From contig OY970355.1 of NCBI GenBank assembly GCA_963718525.1, forward strand, positions 1,504,001-1,568,000: DNA of 64,000 bases. Reading direction: 5' to 3'. This DNA is from Candidatus Dormiibacterota bacterium. Its GTDB lineage: Bacteria > Chloroflexota > Dormibacteria > Aeolococcales > Aeolococcaceae. Every line of letters begins with the position of its first letter. Within the stretch, counting starts at the first letter, position 1. The position numbers and the translations under genes were made by a program. Below the pieces are notes generated by a model. It was not told the DNA's origin. It saw nothing but the letters and a program-made list of their open reading frames with translations, and ran no database searches. Shown here one piece after another: positions 17,718 through 27,463 of the stretch.

Positions 17718-18822
17718 ATGAGCGTCACCGACAGCGTCCAGATCGCGATCGGCGCCGTGATCGTCCTTGTGGCGGTGTATGACGTCTTCCAGTCCGTGGT
17801 CATGCCGCGCCCGGCGGTGGGCAGGGTGCGGCTGAGCTTCACGCTCATCCGCGGAGCCTGGCGTGTGTGGCACAAGGTGGCGCAACGTCCCAAGCGGCTG
17901 CAGATCAGGGAAACCGCGCTCGCGGCCTTCGCACCGTTGATGCTCGTGACGCTGCTGGTGCTGTGGGGGTCGGCGCTGATCCTCGGCTTCGCATTCATCT
18001 TCAGCGGACTCCACGATGGCCTCCAACCCCAGCCCGAACTCGTTCGGTACGACGTTCTACTTCTCGACCGGCACGATGCTCTCCTTCTCCGTCGACAATA
18101 TCGGGGCGACCGGCGTGGCGACGCGGGTGTTTGCCGCCATCGAGGCAGCGAGTGGCTTCGGGTTGTTCGCCCTGGTGATCAGCCTGCTGTTCTCGCTGTT
18201 CAGCTCCTTCCAGCAACGCGAGAAGGCGGTGGTCGCGCTCGATGCGCTGGCCGGAGCGCCACCCTCCGGGGTGCAGTTGCTGGAGACGTGTGCCAAGGAC
18301 GCCATGCCGGATGAGCTCATCGCGACCTTCGATGCATGGCGTTTGTGGACGGTGGATGTCATCGAGAGCCATCTCTCCTATCCATTGCTCTTCTACTTCC
18401 GGTCAAGCCACGACAACGAGGCATGGGCGAACTCCTTTGGTGCCGTCATGGACGCGGCCACCCTGGTGCTCAGCACCATCGACGGCGGACCGGTCGGGCA
18501 CGCGCGACTCATGTTCAAGGTCGGGACGCATTTCGTCGCCGACATGCGCGACCACTTCCACTACGAGGGCGAGGCGGTGCCTGGCGTTGAGCGCGAGGAG
18601 TTCCTCGAGGCGTGCGTCCGCCTCGAGCACGCGGGCTATCAGCTGCACAACCAGGACGCGGCGTGGGAGCACTTCAGCGACCTGCGCAGCAGATACGGCG
18701 CCTGGCTCAATCAGACGACAAAGGGCCTTGACGTCCCGCCGGCACCGTGGATCGGCGATCGTTCCTACCTGCCGCATCGCGAACGCCCGGCAGGGCGCCG
18801 CAGTCAGCGGCGCGTGGCCTGA
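17718..18822 (+). pseudogene. Ion (K+) channel family membrane protein, split by a +1 frameshift
   Basis: DVFQSVVMPR N-terminus; SHLSYPLLFYFRSSHDN..W C-terminus; extra C in CCC 18033-18035 separates the frames. Confidence 0.8.
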
Positions 18823-18998
18823 GGGCTCACGCCGACATGTCCGTCGCAACGGCGCACCGGGAGGTGCGGGTAGCGCGGAAACCGCGGATCACGCTCCGAG
18901 AGTCCGCAGCGAATGAATGTGGAGCGCGCACCGGTCACCAGCCGCGCGTGGACGCAGGAACCACACAGGCCTGTGTCCGCTGGGGGCTTGACGACCAT
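18804..18998 (-). CDS. Small Cys-rich protein
   Basis: GLCGSCVHAR...C..SERDPRFPRYPHLPV..C. Confidence 0.7.
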   Translation of the reverse strand: MVVKPPADTGLCGSCVHARLVTGARSTFIRCGLSERDPRFPRYPHLPVRRCDGHVGVSPQATRR

Positions 18999-19048
18999 AT
19001 TGAACATGGTGCGCGTGGCGGTCGCACTAGCGCTTACCATGCGCGGGA

Positions 19049-19948
19049 ATGCCCGCCATCACTGTCACCGAGCATATCGACAAAGCCGTCCGCAAGATCG
19101 ACAAATCGACGGCGATCGACCACTGGGATCGCAACCTCGGGCGCTACGACGCAGAGGAGCTGATGACCGAGGTGCTGGGGCGGAGGCTCACGCGGGCCGT
19201 CCTCAACCTCGAGCTCGACGGCACATCGAAAAAGCGATACGCGGCAATGGTGGCACGTCGTGTCAACGGGGAGCCGATCCCTCGTATCAAAGGTCACCAC
19301 ACGTTTCGCGGCCTCGACATGCTCATCAGAGATGGAGTATTCGTACCCCGAGCGTCGAGTGAGCTGCTCGCGGTCGAGGCGATCAGGGCGTTGCGCCGGC
19401 GCCGCGGGCAACGTGTCGCCGTCGATGTGGCGACCGGTGCCGGACCGGTGGCGCTCGCGGTCGCGAACGAGGTGCGCAACGCCGACGTCTGGGGTGTCGA
19501 CATCTCCGCCGCAGCCACGAAGCTCGGTAAGGAGAACGCGCGACGCCTCGGGCTCGGCAATGCGCATTTTCGTGCGGGTGATCTTCTGGATGCGCTCCCG
19601 CGCCGGCTGCGCGGTGCGATCGATGTCTTCACGATTCACCCCCCCTATGTCCTGCGCGGGGACCTGAAGCAATTGCCCCGGGAGATCCGACAGTTCGAGC
19701 CGCTGCAGTCCCTCACGGACGGATCGGACGACGGTCTCGGATTGGTTCGCAGGCTCGCGACCGAGGCGCACGCCTGGCTCAGACCAGGCGGTGTCCTCCT
19801 CGTCGAGGTCGGCACGTATCTGTCGCGCAGGACTCAGGCGACGCTGCGGGCTGCGCGGCTCCTCGACGTCAGCTGGACGAAGGACGACCTCGGAGTCACG
19901 CGAGTGATATCCGGGCGCACGCCGAGGACCCCGCGACCGACCAGGTGA
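19049..19948 (+). CDS. HemK/PrmC family methyltransferase (paralogue)
   Basis: RRVNGEP, GVFVPR, VDVATGAG, HPPY in place of NPPY, DG.DDGL. Confidence 0.85.
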   Translation: MPAITVTEHIDKAVRKIDKSTAIDHWDRNLGRYDAEELMTEVLGRRLTRAVLNLELDGTSKKRYAAMVARRVNGEPIPRIKGHHTFRGLDMLIRDGVFVPRASSELLAVEAIRALRRRRGQRVAVDVATGAGPVALAVANEVRNADVWGVDISAAATKLGKENARRLGLGNAHFRAGDLLDALPRRLRGAIDVFTIHPPYVLRGDLKQLPREIRQFEPLQSLTDGSDDGLGLVRRLATEAHAWLRPGGVLLVEVGTYLSRRTQATLRAARLLDVSWTKDDLGVTRVISGRTPRTPRPTR

Positions 19949-19951
19949 TCG

Positions 19952-21115
19952 TCAGCCGGCCGGCGATGCCGGATCAGGCTCGGCCGCTCCCGTCGTACGC
20001 ACCGTCGGTCGTGGCCTGCCGGCCAGCTCGGTGGGCAGCTGCGGTTCCCTCCGAACCCCGGTGAGCTGCGAATCCAGCTCGTCGCTGCGCTCCGAGGATC
20101 GGATGAGCTGGTGTCGCAGCGCCTCCATCTCGTGCTCGAGCGTCACCTTGGCATCGATGACCCGCAGCAGCTCGTCGCGGAGCAGGGAAGCCTGCCGTGC
20201 CGGGTCAGGGTCGCTGGTGATGGCGGTGATGCGCGCCTGCTCGTGTTCGCGCCAGCGCGTTGCGAGCATCGTCGCCGTACCCTCCGGCGGCCGGTAGGAT
20301 CTCGCTCCCGCTTCGACCACGCGACGAATGATCGCAGGCCCGCTCGCAGTGTTGAGGCGCTGGCGGAGGTGCAGCGGATGACGCGGCGGCGGGTCGCTGA
20401 GCCGGAAGCGCGGCCAGTAGATGCGCACGGCACCGTCGTAGACGGAAAGCATGCCGAGCCGCTTGGTCAGTCGATGCGAATCCTCCACCCGAGGCATGAC
20501 GAAGACGTGCGCCAGCGCGCAGAGCTCGCGCGCGGTGAGTGTGGGATCGCCGGCTTCATTCGGATACACGCCGTCGTGCTCCTTGACGGCACTGAACACC
20601 ACGACCGGGAGGCGGCGTCCGGAGTCGAGGAGGCACGATTGCACGAAGGAGTCGATCTGGTCGCTTCCCATCACCACCTCGGGGACGGCATGCAGCAGTC
20701 GCGATCCCGCCCGCGCTCCCGCGCTCACGAAATCGTGGAGCAACGCGACCAACGGTGGCGCAAGCGGTGACGGTGGCACTCGAAGATGGCGCATGTCCTG
20801 CTCCACGGAGACACCCACCTCCACCGTGTCACCCGTGCGCACCGCGTCGACGGTTGTCAGCCAGAGTATCGACGGATCCCACTCGTCCGGTCGATTGACG
20901 CTGATGCGACACAGCGATCGTTCACCGCTGTCGAAGCGCACCACGTTGACCCCCAGGTCGTCTTCGCGAAATGCACCCTCAGCAAACACGTCCGCTTTAG
21001 TCTTAAGACCACTGGTTCCCCAGACCCACATTCGGTGAGTCGCAGCTTCGAAAAGCGCAACTCCGGTCACCCCCTTATGGTCGAGGGTGAGTCTCGCCCC
21101 GAGGGCGCGGAACAT
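19952..21115 (-). CDS. Hypothetical protein with C-terminal coiled coil
   Basis: Long ORF with RRLPVVVFS and SVYDGAVRIYWP segments. Confidence 0.65.
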   Translation of the reverse strand: MFRALGARLTLDHKGVTGVALFEAATHRMWVWGTSGLKTKADVFAEGAFREDDLGVNVVRFDSGERSLCRISVNRPDEWDPSILWLTTVDAVRTGDTVEVGVSVEQDMRHLRVPPSPLAPPLVALLHDFVSAGARAGSRLLHAVPEVVMGSDQIDSFVQSCLLDSGRRLPVVVFSAVKEHDGVYPNEAGDPTLTARELCALAHVFVMPRVEDSHRLTKRLGMLSVYDGAVRIYWPRFRLSDPPPRHPLHLRQRLNTASGPAIIRRVVEAGARSYRPPEGTATMLATRWREHEQARITAITSDPDPARQASLLRDELLRVIDAKVTLEHEMEALRHQLIRSSERSDELDSQLTGVRREPQLPTELAGRPRPTVRTTGAAEPDPASPAG

Positions 21116-21121
21116 TGCTTG

Positions 21122-22597
21122 TCATCCTACATCGTCGATGGCGCCTCGCAGTGCCGCGATCACGCCGTGCGCATGACGCTGTTCCTGACGGAGATTGCCG
21201 AAGGCAACGCGGATCGCATACGCACCCCGCAACTTCGTGTGACTCACAAAGAAGCGTCCGCCGGTGTTGATGCGCTCCACGATGCGCTGGTTGAGCGTGT
21301 CGAGAGTCCCGGGATCATCCAGTCCCGGCGGATGTGCGCGCAGGCACACGACGCTCAAGGGTGCCGGCGCAAGCAGCTCGAAGTCGCGCTCTCCCTCGAC
21401 CCAGCGCGCCACGATCGACGCATACTCGCAATGCTCACGAATGCGTTGTGCGAGGCCCTCGGTGCCGAAGTGCCGGATGACCATCCACAGCTTGAGCGCC
21501 CGCATCCGCCTCCCGAGCGACGTTCCATAGTCCATGAGGTTCGGCGCGACCTGGTCCGAGCCGTCGGACGTGGTGAGGTACTCGGGCACGATCGAGAAGG
21601 CGTCACGAAGCACCTCGGGTCGCCGCGTCCACAGCACGCTGCAGTCGATCGGTGTGAAGAGCCACTTGTGTGGATTGACCACGATGGAGTCGGCGCGGTC
21701 CGCGCCGTCGAGGACCCAGCGCAGCTCCGGCGCGATCGCGGCCGCACCGCCATATGCCGCGTCGACATGGAGCCACAACCCGTGCTGCTCGCAGAGCGCC
21801 GCGATGGACGGTATCGGGTCGACGCTGGTCGTCGACGTTGTACCGGCGGTGGCGACGACCGCGAACGGCCGGATCCCGGCCGCGACGTCCTCGTGGATCG
21901 CCTGACGCAGCGCGACCGGGTCCATGCGGAATCGCTCGTCCACCGGGATCCGGCGCAACCCCTCCCTGCCCACCCCCAGCACGATGCCGGCCTTCTCGAC
22001 AGAGGAGTGCGCCTCCGTCGACGCGTAGTAGCGGAGGGGTGGCAGGTCAGCTCGCCCGGCCATCCCACGCTCGCGAATGCGCAGATCGGTCTGAGCCTCA
22101 CGCGCGGCCGCGAGCGCGTAGAGCGTGCTCGACGATGCGGTGTCGTTGATGACTCCGAACACGGGGTCGGGGAGCCCCACCATCTGACGGAGCCAGTCGA
22201 GGGTAACCTGCTCGAGCTCCGTCGCCGCCGGTGCTGTCCGCCACAGCATTGCGTTGACGTTGAATGCCGCGGCGATGGTCTCGCCGAGGATCCCCGGCCC
22301 CGAGCCACTCGACGCGAAGTACGCCATGAAGCCGGGGGACTGCCAGTGGGTCGTTGCCGGGACGATCAGCTCCTCGACATCGGCGAGGATCGCCTCGATC
22401 AACTCGCCGTGCTGCGGAGGTGATGGCGGGAGCCCGGCGCGCACCGTTCCCGGATCCGCGGGGGTCAGCACCGGAAAGCGCTCGACATCGCGAAGGTAGT
22501 CGGCCGTCCAGTCGGCGACACGGCGTGCGGCGAGGCGGTACGCCTCAGGTTCCATGTCGCCGCCGGTTCGCGACGGGATAGCGATGTCGCCAGACAT
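21122..22597 (-). CDS. PLP-dependent aromatic L-amino acid decarboxylase (group II)
   Basis: THWQSPGFMAYF, HSSVEKA, HVDAAYGG, NPHKW, LGRRMRALKLW. Confidence 0.92.
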   Translation of the reverse strand: MSGDIAIPSRTGGDMEPEAYRLAARRVADWTADYLRDVERFPVLTPADPGTVRAGLPPSPPQHGELIEAILADVEELIVPATTHWQSPGFMAYFASSGSGPGILGETIAAAFNVNAMLWRTAPAATELEQVTLDWLRQMVGLPDPVFGVINDTASSSTLYALAAAREAQTDLRIRERGMAGRADLPPLRYYASTEAHSSVEKAGIVLGVGREGLRRIPVDERFRMDPVALRQAIHEDVAAGIRPFAVVATAGTTSTTSVDPIPSIAALCEQHGLWLHVDAAYGGAAAIAPELRWVLDGADRADSIVVNPHKWLFTPIDCSVLWTRRPEVLRDAFSIVPEYLTTSDGSDQVAPNLMDYGTSLGRRMRALKLWMVIRHFGTEGLAQRIREHCEYASIVARWVEGERDFELLAPAPLSVVCLRAHPPGLDDPGTLDTLNQRIVERINTGGRFFVSHTKLRGAYAIRVAFGNLRQEQRHAHGVIAALRGAIDDVG

Positions 22598-22694
22598 GTG
22601 GTCGGCAGATCGTGACGCTCAAGTGCCTGGGCGCGCTCGCATCACGCCGCAGGGCGACAACTGGCTCCCGTGCGCGCAGCGCTAGACTGGCACC

Positions 22695-24275
22695 GTGACC
22701 GCTTCACTGACCGTCGCCGACGTGATGCACAAACCGGCGGTGGTCGTTCCGACCACGATCACGCTGGCGGAAGCGTCGGTGATCCTGGACGGCGCAAACG
22801 TCGGTGCCGCGGCCGTGCTCGACCCCCAGGGACGGCTGCGCGGCATGGTCAGCGAACGAGATCTCCTCCGCTCGGTCGGTCACGGCGTCGACCCGGGCAC
22901 CGCGAAGGTGGAGGAGGTCATGACCAAGGACCCGGTCACGGTTTCGGTCACCGACACCGTGGAAAAGGGGCTCGAGGTCTTTCGGGAGCGTCGTTTCCGC
23001 CACCTCCCGGTGATGGATGGCGACCGGGTGGCGGGCATCCTCTCCATCCGCCACGTGGTTCGGGTCGCGCACATCGAAGAGGTTCAGCCGGCCGGCTCCG
23101 CGTTGCCGGGTCTCGCGCCGCGTGGCCTCGAGGGAGTCGCGGTGGCCGAGACAGCGGTGGGCGATGTCCGGGGTGAGGAGGGGTTCTTCCACTACCGCGG
23201 CTACAACGCCATCGAACTGGCGAGCAGGTGCTCGTTCGAGCAGGTCTGGCATCTCCTGCACCGCGGCGAGCTGCCGGATGATGCCCAGCTCAAGGCTTTC
23301 ACGAAGCTCGCCGTGGAGGCACGATCGATTCCCGACGAGGTGGCCGATCTGCTGCCGCGCATCGCCGCACTGCCCGGGTACACCCCGCTCATGGCGCTGC
23401 GCTCGGCGGTCTCGCTTGCAGGGGCGGCACTCGAGCAGAGGCCGACGCTCGACATCTCCGCCGAGGAGGTTCGCGAGGAAGCCCTGAAGATGGTGGCGAT
23501 CGTCCCGGTGCTGCTGATGCGGATGCACCGCCATCACCTCGGCCTCGAACCCGTCGAACCGGACCCGGACCTGAACTACGCAGGCGCGTACATCCAGATG
23601 CTCACCGGCGAGCGCCCCAATGCGCGAGCGACACGGGCGCTCGAGCAGTACCTGATCCTGACCATGGATCACGGGTTCAACTCCTCCACCTTCACGTCTC
23701 GTGTGATCACGTCGACGGGATCCGACATCGGTTCGGCCCTGACCGGCGCGATCGGTGCCCTCGCCGGCCCGCTGCATGGTGGGGCGCCTTCGCGGGCGCT
23801 CGCGATGCTCGATGCGATCGGTACTCCGGACAAGGCGGAGGAGTACCTGCGACGCGAGATCTCGGCCGGCGAGCGCCTGATGGGTTTCGGCCACCGCGTG
23901 TACAAAACCGACGACCCGCGCTCGACGCTGCTGCGCGAGGTGGCCATCGAGCTTGGCGGTCCGCAAGCCGAGTTCGCGGTGCAGGTCGAGAAGACGGCGC
24001 TGCGGGTGCTCAACGAACTGAAGCCCGGTCGCCGTCTGTACACGAACGTGGAGTTCTACTCGGGGGTGGTGATGAACAGTGTCGGCATTCCGCCGGACAT
24101 GTTCACACCCACATTCGCCTCGAGCCGCACGGTCGGCTGGACCGCGGCGATCATGGAACAGGCGTCCAACAACCGCCTCATCCGTCCCTCCGCGCTGTAC
24201 GTCGGACCCCAGCCGCCGCGCCTGCTCCCTGACGGGTACGGCGCTGCAATCAAGAGCGCTGAGCTCGCGCGCTGA
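22695..24275 (+). CDS. Citrate synthase with N-terminal CBS pair
   Basis: GMVSERDL and FRHLPV CBS motifs; GLEGV, DHGFNSST, GPLHGGA, GFGHRVY, NVEFY. Confidence 0.92.
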   Translation: MTASLTVADVMHKPAVVVPTTITLAEASVILDGANVGAAAVLDPQGRLRGMVSERDLLRSVGHGVDPGTAKVEEVMTKDPVTVSVTDTVEKGLEVFRERRFRHLPVMDGDRVAGILSIRHVVRVAHIEEVQPAGSALPGLAPRGLEGVAVAETAVGDVRGEEGFFHYRGYNAIELASRCSFEQVWHLLHRGELPDDAQLKAFTKLAVEARSIPDEVADLLPRIAALPGYTPLMALRSAVSLAGAALEQRPTLDISAEEVREEALKMVAIVPVLLMRMHRHHLGLEPVEPDPDLNYAGAYIQMLTGERPNARATRALEQYLILTMDHGFNSSTFTSRVITSTGSDIGSALTGAIGALAGPLHGGAPSRALAMLDAIGTPDKAEEYLRREISAGERLMGFGHRVYKTDDPRSTLLREVAIELGGPQAEFAVQVEKTALRVLNELKPGRRLYTNVEFYSGVVMNSVGIPPDMFTPTFASSRTVGWTAAIMEQASNNRLIRPSALYVGPQPPRLLPDGYGAAIKSAELAR

Positions 24276-24384
24276 TCTCGAGGTAACGTCGGCGTAACGG
24301 TCGCAACTTCGTTGGCGACCACCGAAACAACCTCGTCACCCAACCACAACGTTTGGCCGTTACGTGTGGCGGATGCTGGTCCGC

Positions 24385-24597
24385 ATGATCCCGGCATTTT
24401 TCCCAGCGTTGCTAGCCCTGGTGAGGTCGATGACCCTTCCCACCAGCCGGCGGCGCGATGACGAACGTGGTCAGGGGCTCGTCGAGTACGGGCTGATCCT
24501 CGTCCTGATCGCAATCGCGGTCATCGTGGTTGTCGGCGTGGTCGGACACCAGACCAACAACGTTTTCTCGAACGTCAGCAACGGCCTGAACGCCTAG
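24385..24597 (+). CDS. flp: Flp family type IVb pilin
   Basis: DERG|QGLVEYGLIL prepilin motif; alternative start at 24430. Confidence 0.9.
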   Translation: MIPAFFPALLALVRSMTLPTSRRRDDERGQGLVEYGLILVLIAIAVIVVVGVVGHQTNNVFSNVSNGLNA

Positions 24598-24675
24598 TGC
24601 TTGCGACCCTGCGCCAACGCAGGGATCGCTGCTCCGGACTGAGGGGGGCCGTCGCGGTGCGTAAGGTTGCGTTTC

Positions 24676-25296
24676 GTGGAACCGCTCCTCGCACACCACT
24701 CTCCCCACGGCGGCGTCGCGCTTGCCGGCGTCGTTCTCTGCGGCGGCCTGAGCACGCGAATGGGGATCGACAAAGCGACCATCTCCATGGATGGAGCGAC
24801 TCTGCTGGAGCGCGCAGTGACGCGTCTCGACGCTGTCTGCGATCCCGTGCTGATTGCGCCGGGTGACCTCCCGCACACGATCGCCGCACGGTCTGCGGTG
24901 GTCGATGCGGTGCCGGCGTCTGGACCGATGGGTGGCCTCGTGGCTGCGTTGCGCGCTTCGCCGCATCGACTGGTCGCAGTTGTGGCTGTTGACATGCCCT
25001 GGATCGACGCACGCCTGCTGGCGATGCTCGCCTCCCGTATCGGCAATCGAGACGTTGCGGCGTGCGAGACGGCGCGCGGTGTCGAGCCGCTCCATGCCGT
25101 GTACGCGACCTCCCTGCTACCCGCCGCAGAGGCCGCGCTCGCCGGGCCGGACAGGTCGCTTCGGAGCCTCATCGCACGGGCTCGCGCGGTCCGCGTCGCC
25201 GAGGCCGACTGGCGCGGGGCTGGTGTCTCGGACGGATTCGCCTGGAACATCAACACGCCCGAGGATCTCGAGGAGGTCAGCCGCTCTCGCCGATGA
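24676..25296 (+). CDS. mobA: Molybdenum cofactor guanylyltransferase
   Basis: LCGGLSTRMGIDKA, GPMGG, VDMP, EPLHAVY, NINTPED. Confidence 0.9.
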   Translation: MEPLLAHHSPHGGVALAGVVLCGGLSTRMGIDKATISMDGATLLERAVTRLDAVCDPVLIAPGDLPHTIAARSAVVDAVPASGPMGGLVAALRASPHRLVAVVAVDMPWIDARLLAMLASRIGNRDVAACETARGVEPLHAVYATSLLPAAEAALAGPDRSLRSLIARARAVRVAEADWRGAGVSDGFAWNINTPEDLEEVSRSRR

Positions 25297-25561
25297 GGGT
25301 TCGAACCACCGCCGCGGCCTGATCGAGCGCGTCTGCTTCGGAGATGCCGGACCGGACGGCGTCCTGAACGAACCGGCCGATCAAGTAGGCGGCGAGCGGG
25401 GCATTCTGGCGTTCGGTCGTATGGGCGACGTCACGCGCGATGCGCAGCAGCTTTGCCCGGCCGCGAAGGTCGACCGCCTCGAAACCACCGGACTCGAGAG
25501 CCGCGCTCAGCTTCGACGCGAGTTCGATGAGCAGATCGTCGTTGCCGCTGACGTCGCTCAT
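25277..25561 (-). CDS. DUF6457-like protein (commonly next to mobA)
   Basis: LLRIARDVAH..ER..APLAAYLIG. Confidence 0.75.
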   Translation of the reverse strand: MSDVSGNDDLLIELASKLSAALESGGFEAVDLRGRAKLLRIARDVAHTTERQNAPLAAYLIGRFVQDAVRSGISEADALDQAAAVVRTLIGESG

Positions 25562-25636
25562 GGTGCGAACGATCTTGGCGGATGGGCGGCGCGGGCGGGA
25601 TCCACCGTCCTCATACCTGGTCGCTATCGTGGACGG

Positions 25637-26458
25637 ATGAGCGTGCGCCACAGGCGTGTGATGGAGGTGAGTGCCGGCGGAGCCGTCACCTGGCGGAGCG
25701 ACGATGTCAGCACGGAGGAACCGCTCGAGATCCGTGTCGGGGACGTCTCGCTCTCGGTCACCATGCGCACGCCCGGCGACGACTTCGACCTGGTTGCCGG
25801 GTTTCTGATCACCGAGGGCATCGTCCGCGACGCCGGCGAGATCGCGTCGATGCGGATGTGTCCTGACGCCGCGGCCGCGACCGGCGAACTCAATATTGTC
25901 GAAGTGCTGCTCACCGCGGCGGCAGCGGCGCGCGAGGTGACGCCGCGGGCGTTCTACATGACGTCGTCGTGCGGCATGTGCGGCAAGGCAAGCATCGACG
26001 CCGTTCGGACGACATCGGCATATGACGTGGCGAGCGATCCGCTGCGCGTGCTGCCCGCACTGCTGCTCGGCCTCCCTGCAATGCAGCGGTCCGCGCAGCG
26101 GCAGTTCTCACGCACCGGCGGCTTGCACGCTGCCGCGCTGTTCGACGGCGACGGCGCGCTGTGCTGCGTGCGCGAGGATGTCGGCCGCCACAACGCCTTC
26201 GACAAGGTGATCGGGTGGGCTGCGACGCGCGGCATGCTGCCGCTCAGCTCCCACATCATGCTCGCGTCCGGGCGCGCGAGCTTCGAGCTGACTCAGAAGG
26301 CGTTGATGGCCGGAATTCCGTTGCTGGCGGCCGTTTCCGCGCCATCGAGTCTCGCGGTCGAGCTCGCGTCCGAGTCGGGGATGACCTTGATAGGCTTTCT
26401 GCGCGGTGAGCGGATGAATGTCTACGCCGGACACGAGCGGATCATTCGCGATGAGTGA
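25637..26458 (+). CDS. fdhD: Formate dehydrogenase accessory sulfurtransferase
   Basis: EEPLEI, TMRTPG, SSCGMCG, TGGLHAA, REDVGRHNA.DK. Confidence 0.95.
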   Translation: MSVRHRRVMEVSAGGAVTWRSDDVSTEEPLEIRVGDVSLSVTMRTPGDDFDLVAGFLITEGIVRDAGEIASMRMCPDAAAATGELNIVEVLLTAAAAAREVTPRAFYMTSSCGMCGKASIDAVRTTSAYDVASDPLRVLPALLLGLPAMQRSAQRQFSRTGGLHAAALFDGDGALCCVREDVGRHNAFDKVIGWAATRGMLPLSSHIMLASGRASFELTQKALMAGIPLLAAVSAPSSLAVELASESGMTLIGFLRGERMNVYAGHERIIRDE

Positions 26459-26972
26459 GGCCGCCCCAGAGCACCGCTGGGAGGCCGCCGAGATCACCGT
26501 CAGCGACAGTCGCCGGGGCATTGACGCCGACGACCGCAGCGGGGATGTGATCGTCGCGCGATTCGCGCTCCTTCCCGCCGACATCGTCGCGCGCGAGAGC
26601 GTCATCGATGACATCGACGAGATCCGCGCCGCGGCCAGGCGGTGCGCCGAGATCGCGGACATCCTCATCCTCACCGGGGGCACGGGACTCGGTCCGCGTG
26701 ACGTGACTCCTCAGGCGGTGCTTCCCCTGTTCGACTACGAGATTCCCGGGATGGCCGAGGTGATGCGCCACGACGGACTCAAATCCACGCCCCACGCGAT
26801 GCTGTCGCGTCAGGTCGCCGGTGTCACCACGAACTGCCTGGTGCTGTCGCTTCCGGGAAGCCCAACTGCGGTTGCGGAATGCCTTGATGCGGTGTGGCCG
26901 GCGCTGCCGCACGCACTTGCCCTGATCTCGGGCAACACGCGGCATCCCGATCAGTCTGGCCCTGTAGCCTGA
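26451..26972 (+). CDS. mogA: MogA/MoaB molybdopterin adenylyltransferase
   Basis: ITVSD, DRSG, TGGTGLGPRDVTP, LPGSP. Confidence 0.88.
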   Translation: MSEAAPEHRWEAAEITVSDSRRGIDADDRSGDVIVARFALLPADIVARESVIDDIDEIRAAARRCAEIADILILTGGTGLGPRDVTPQAVLPLFDYEIPGMAEVMRHDGLKSTPHAMLSRQVAGVTTNCLVLSLPGSPTAVAECLDAVWPALPHALALISGNTRHPDQSGPVA

Positions 26973-27463
26973 CCAGCCTCCGGGCGATCGAGCGTCCCGC
27001 TCCGGCCACCTTCCTTGTGCATCAACGTGACGTCCGTGATGGAGGCCCAATGGTCCACGGACTTGATCATGTCGATCACCGTGAGCCCCGCGACCGCAAC
27101 CGCGGTGAGCGCCTCCATCTCCACCCCGGTTGCACCCTCAACCCGTGCGGTGGCCTCGATCACCACGCCGGGTGTCTCGGAGGTGTCGAGACGCAGATCC
27201 ACGTCGACATGACGCAGGGCCAGCGGATGGCAGAGGGGAATCAGGTCGGAGGTTCGCTTGGCGCCCATGACGCCGGCGAGTCTCGCCGTGTCGAGCACGC
27301 TGCCTTTCGCGATCGTGTCGCCGGCGATGCGCTGCAACGCCTCGGCGTTGCAGTTCACGCGGCCCCGCGCGGTGGCACTGCGCCGGGTGACCGCCTTGTC
27401 GCTGATGTCGACCATGCGTGCCCGCCCTGTCTCGTCAACGTGGGTGAGGCGCCGCTCGCTCAC
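26951..27463 (-). CDS. moaC: cPMP synthase MoaC
   Basis: LTHVD..G.ARMVDIS.K, LIPLCHP, TGVEMEAL. Confidence 0.95.
   Translation of the reverse strand: MSERRLTHVDETGRARMVDISDKAVTRRSATARGRVNCNAEALQRIAGDTIAKGSVLDTARLAGVMGAKRTSDLIPLCHPLALRHVDVDLRLDTSETPGVVIEATARVEGATGVEMEALTAVAVAGLTVIDMIKSVDHWASITDVTLMHKEGGRSGTLDRPEAGQATGPD

Noticed and set aside
10676-18035. Programmed frameshifting or phase variation in kynU and the channel gene
   Set aside because: Runs are only 3-4 nt with no slippery heptamer; sequencing error is more parsimonious
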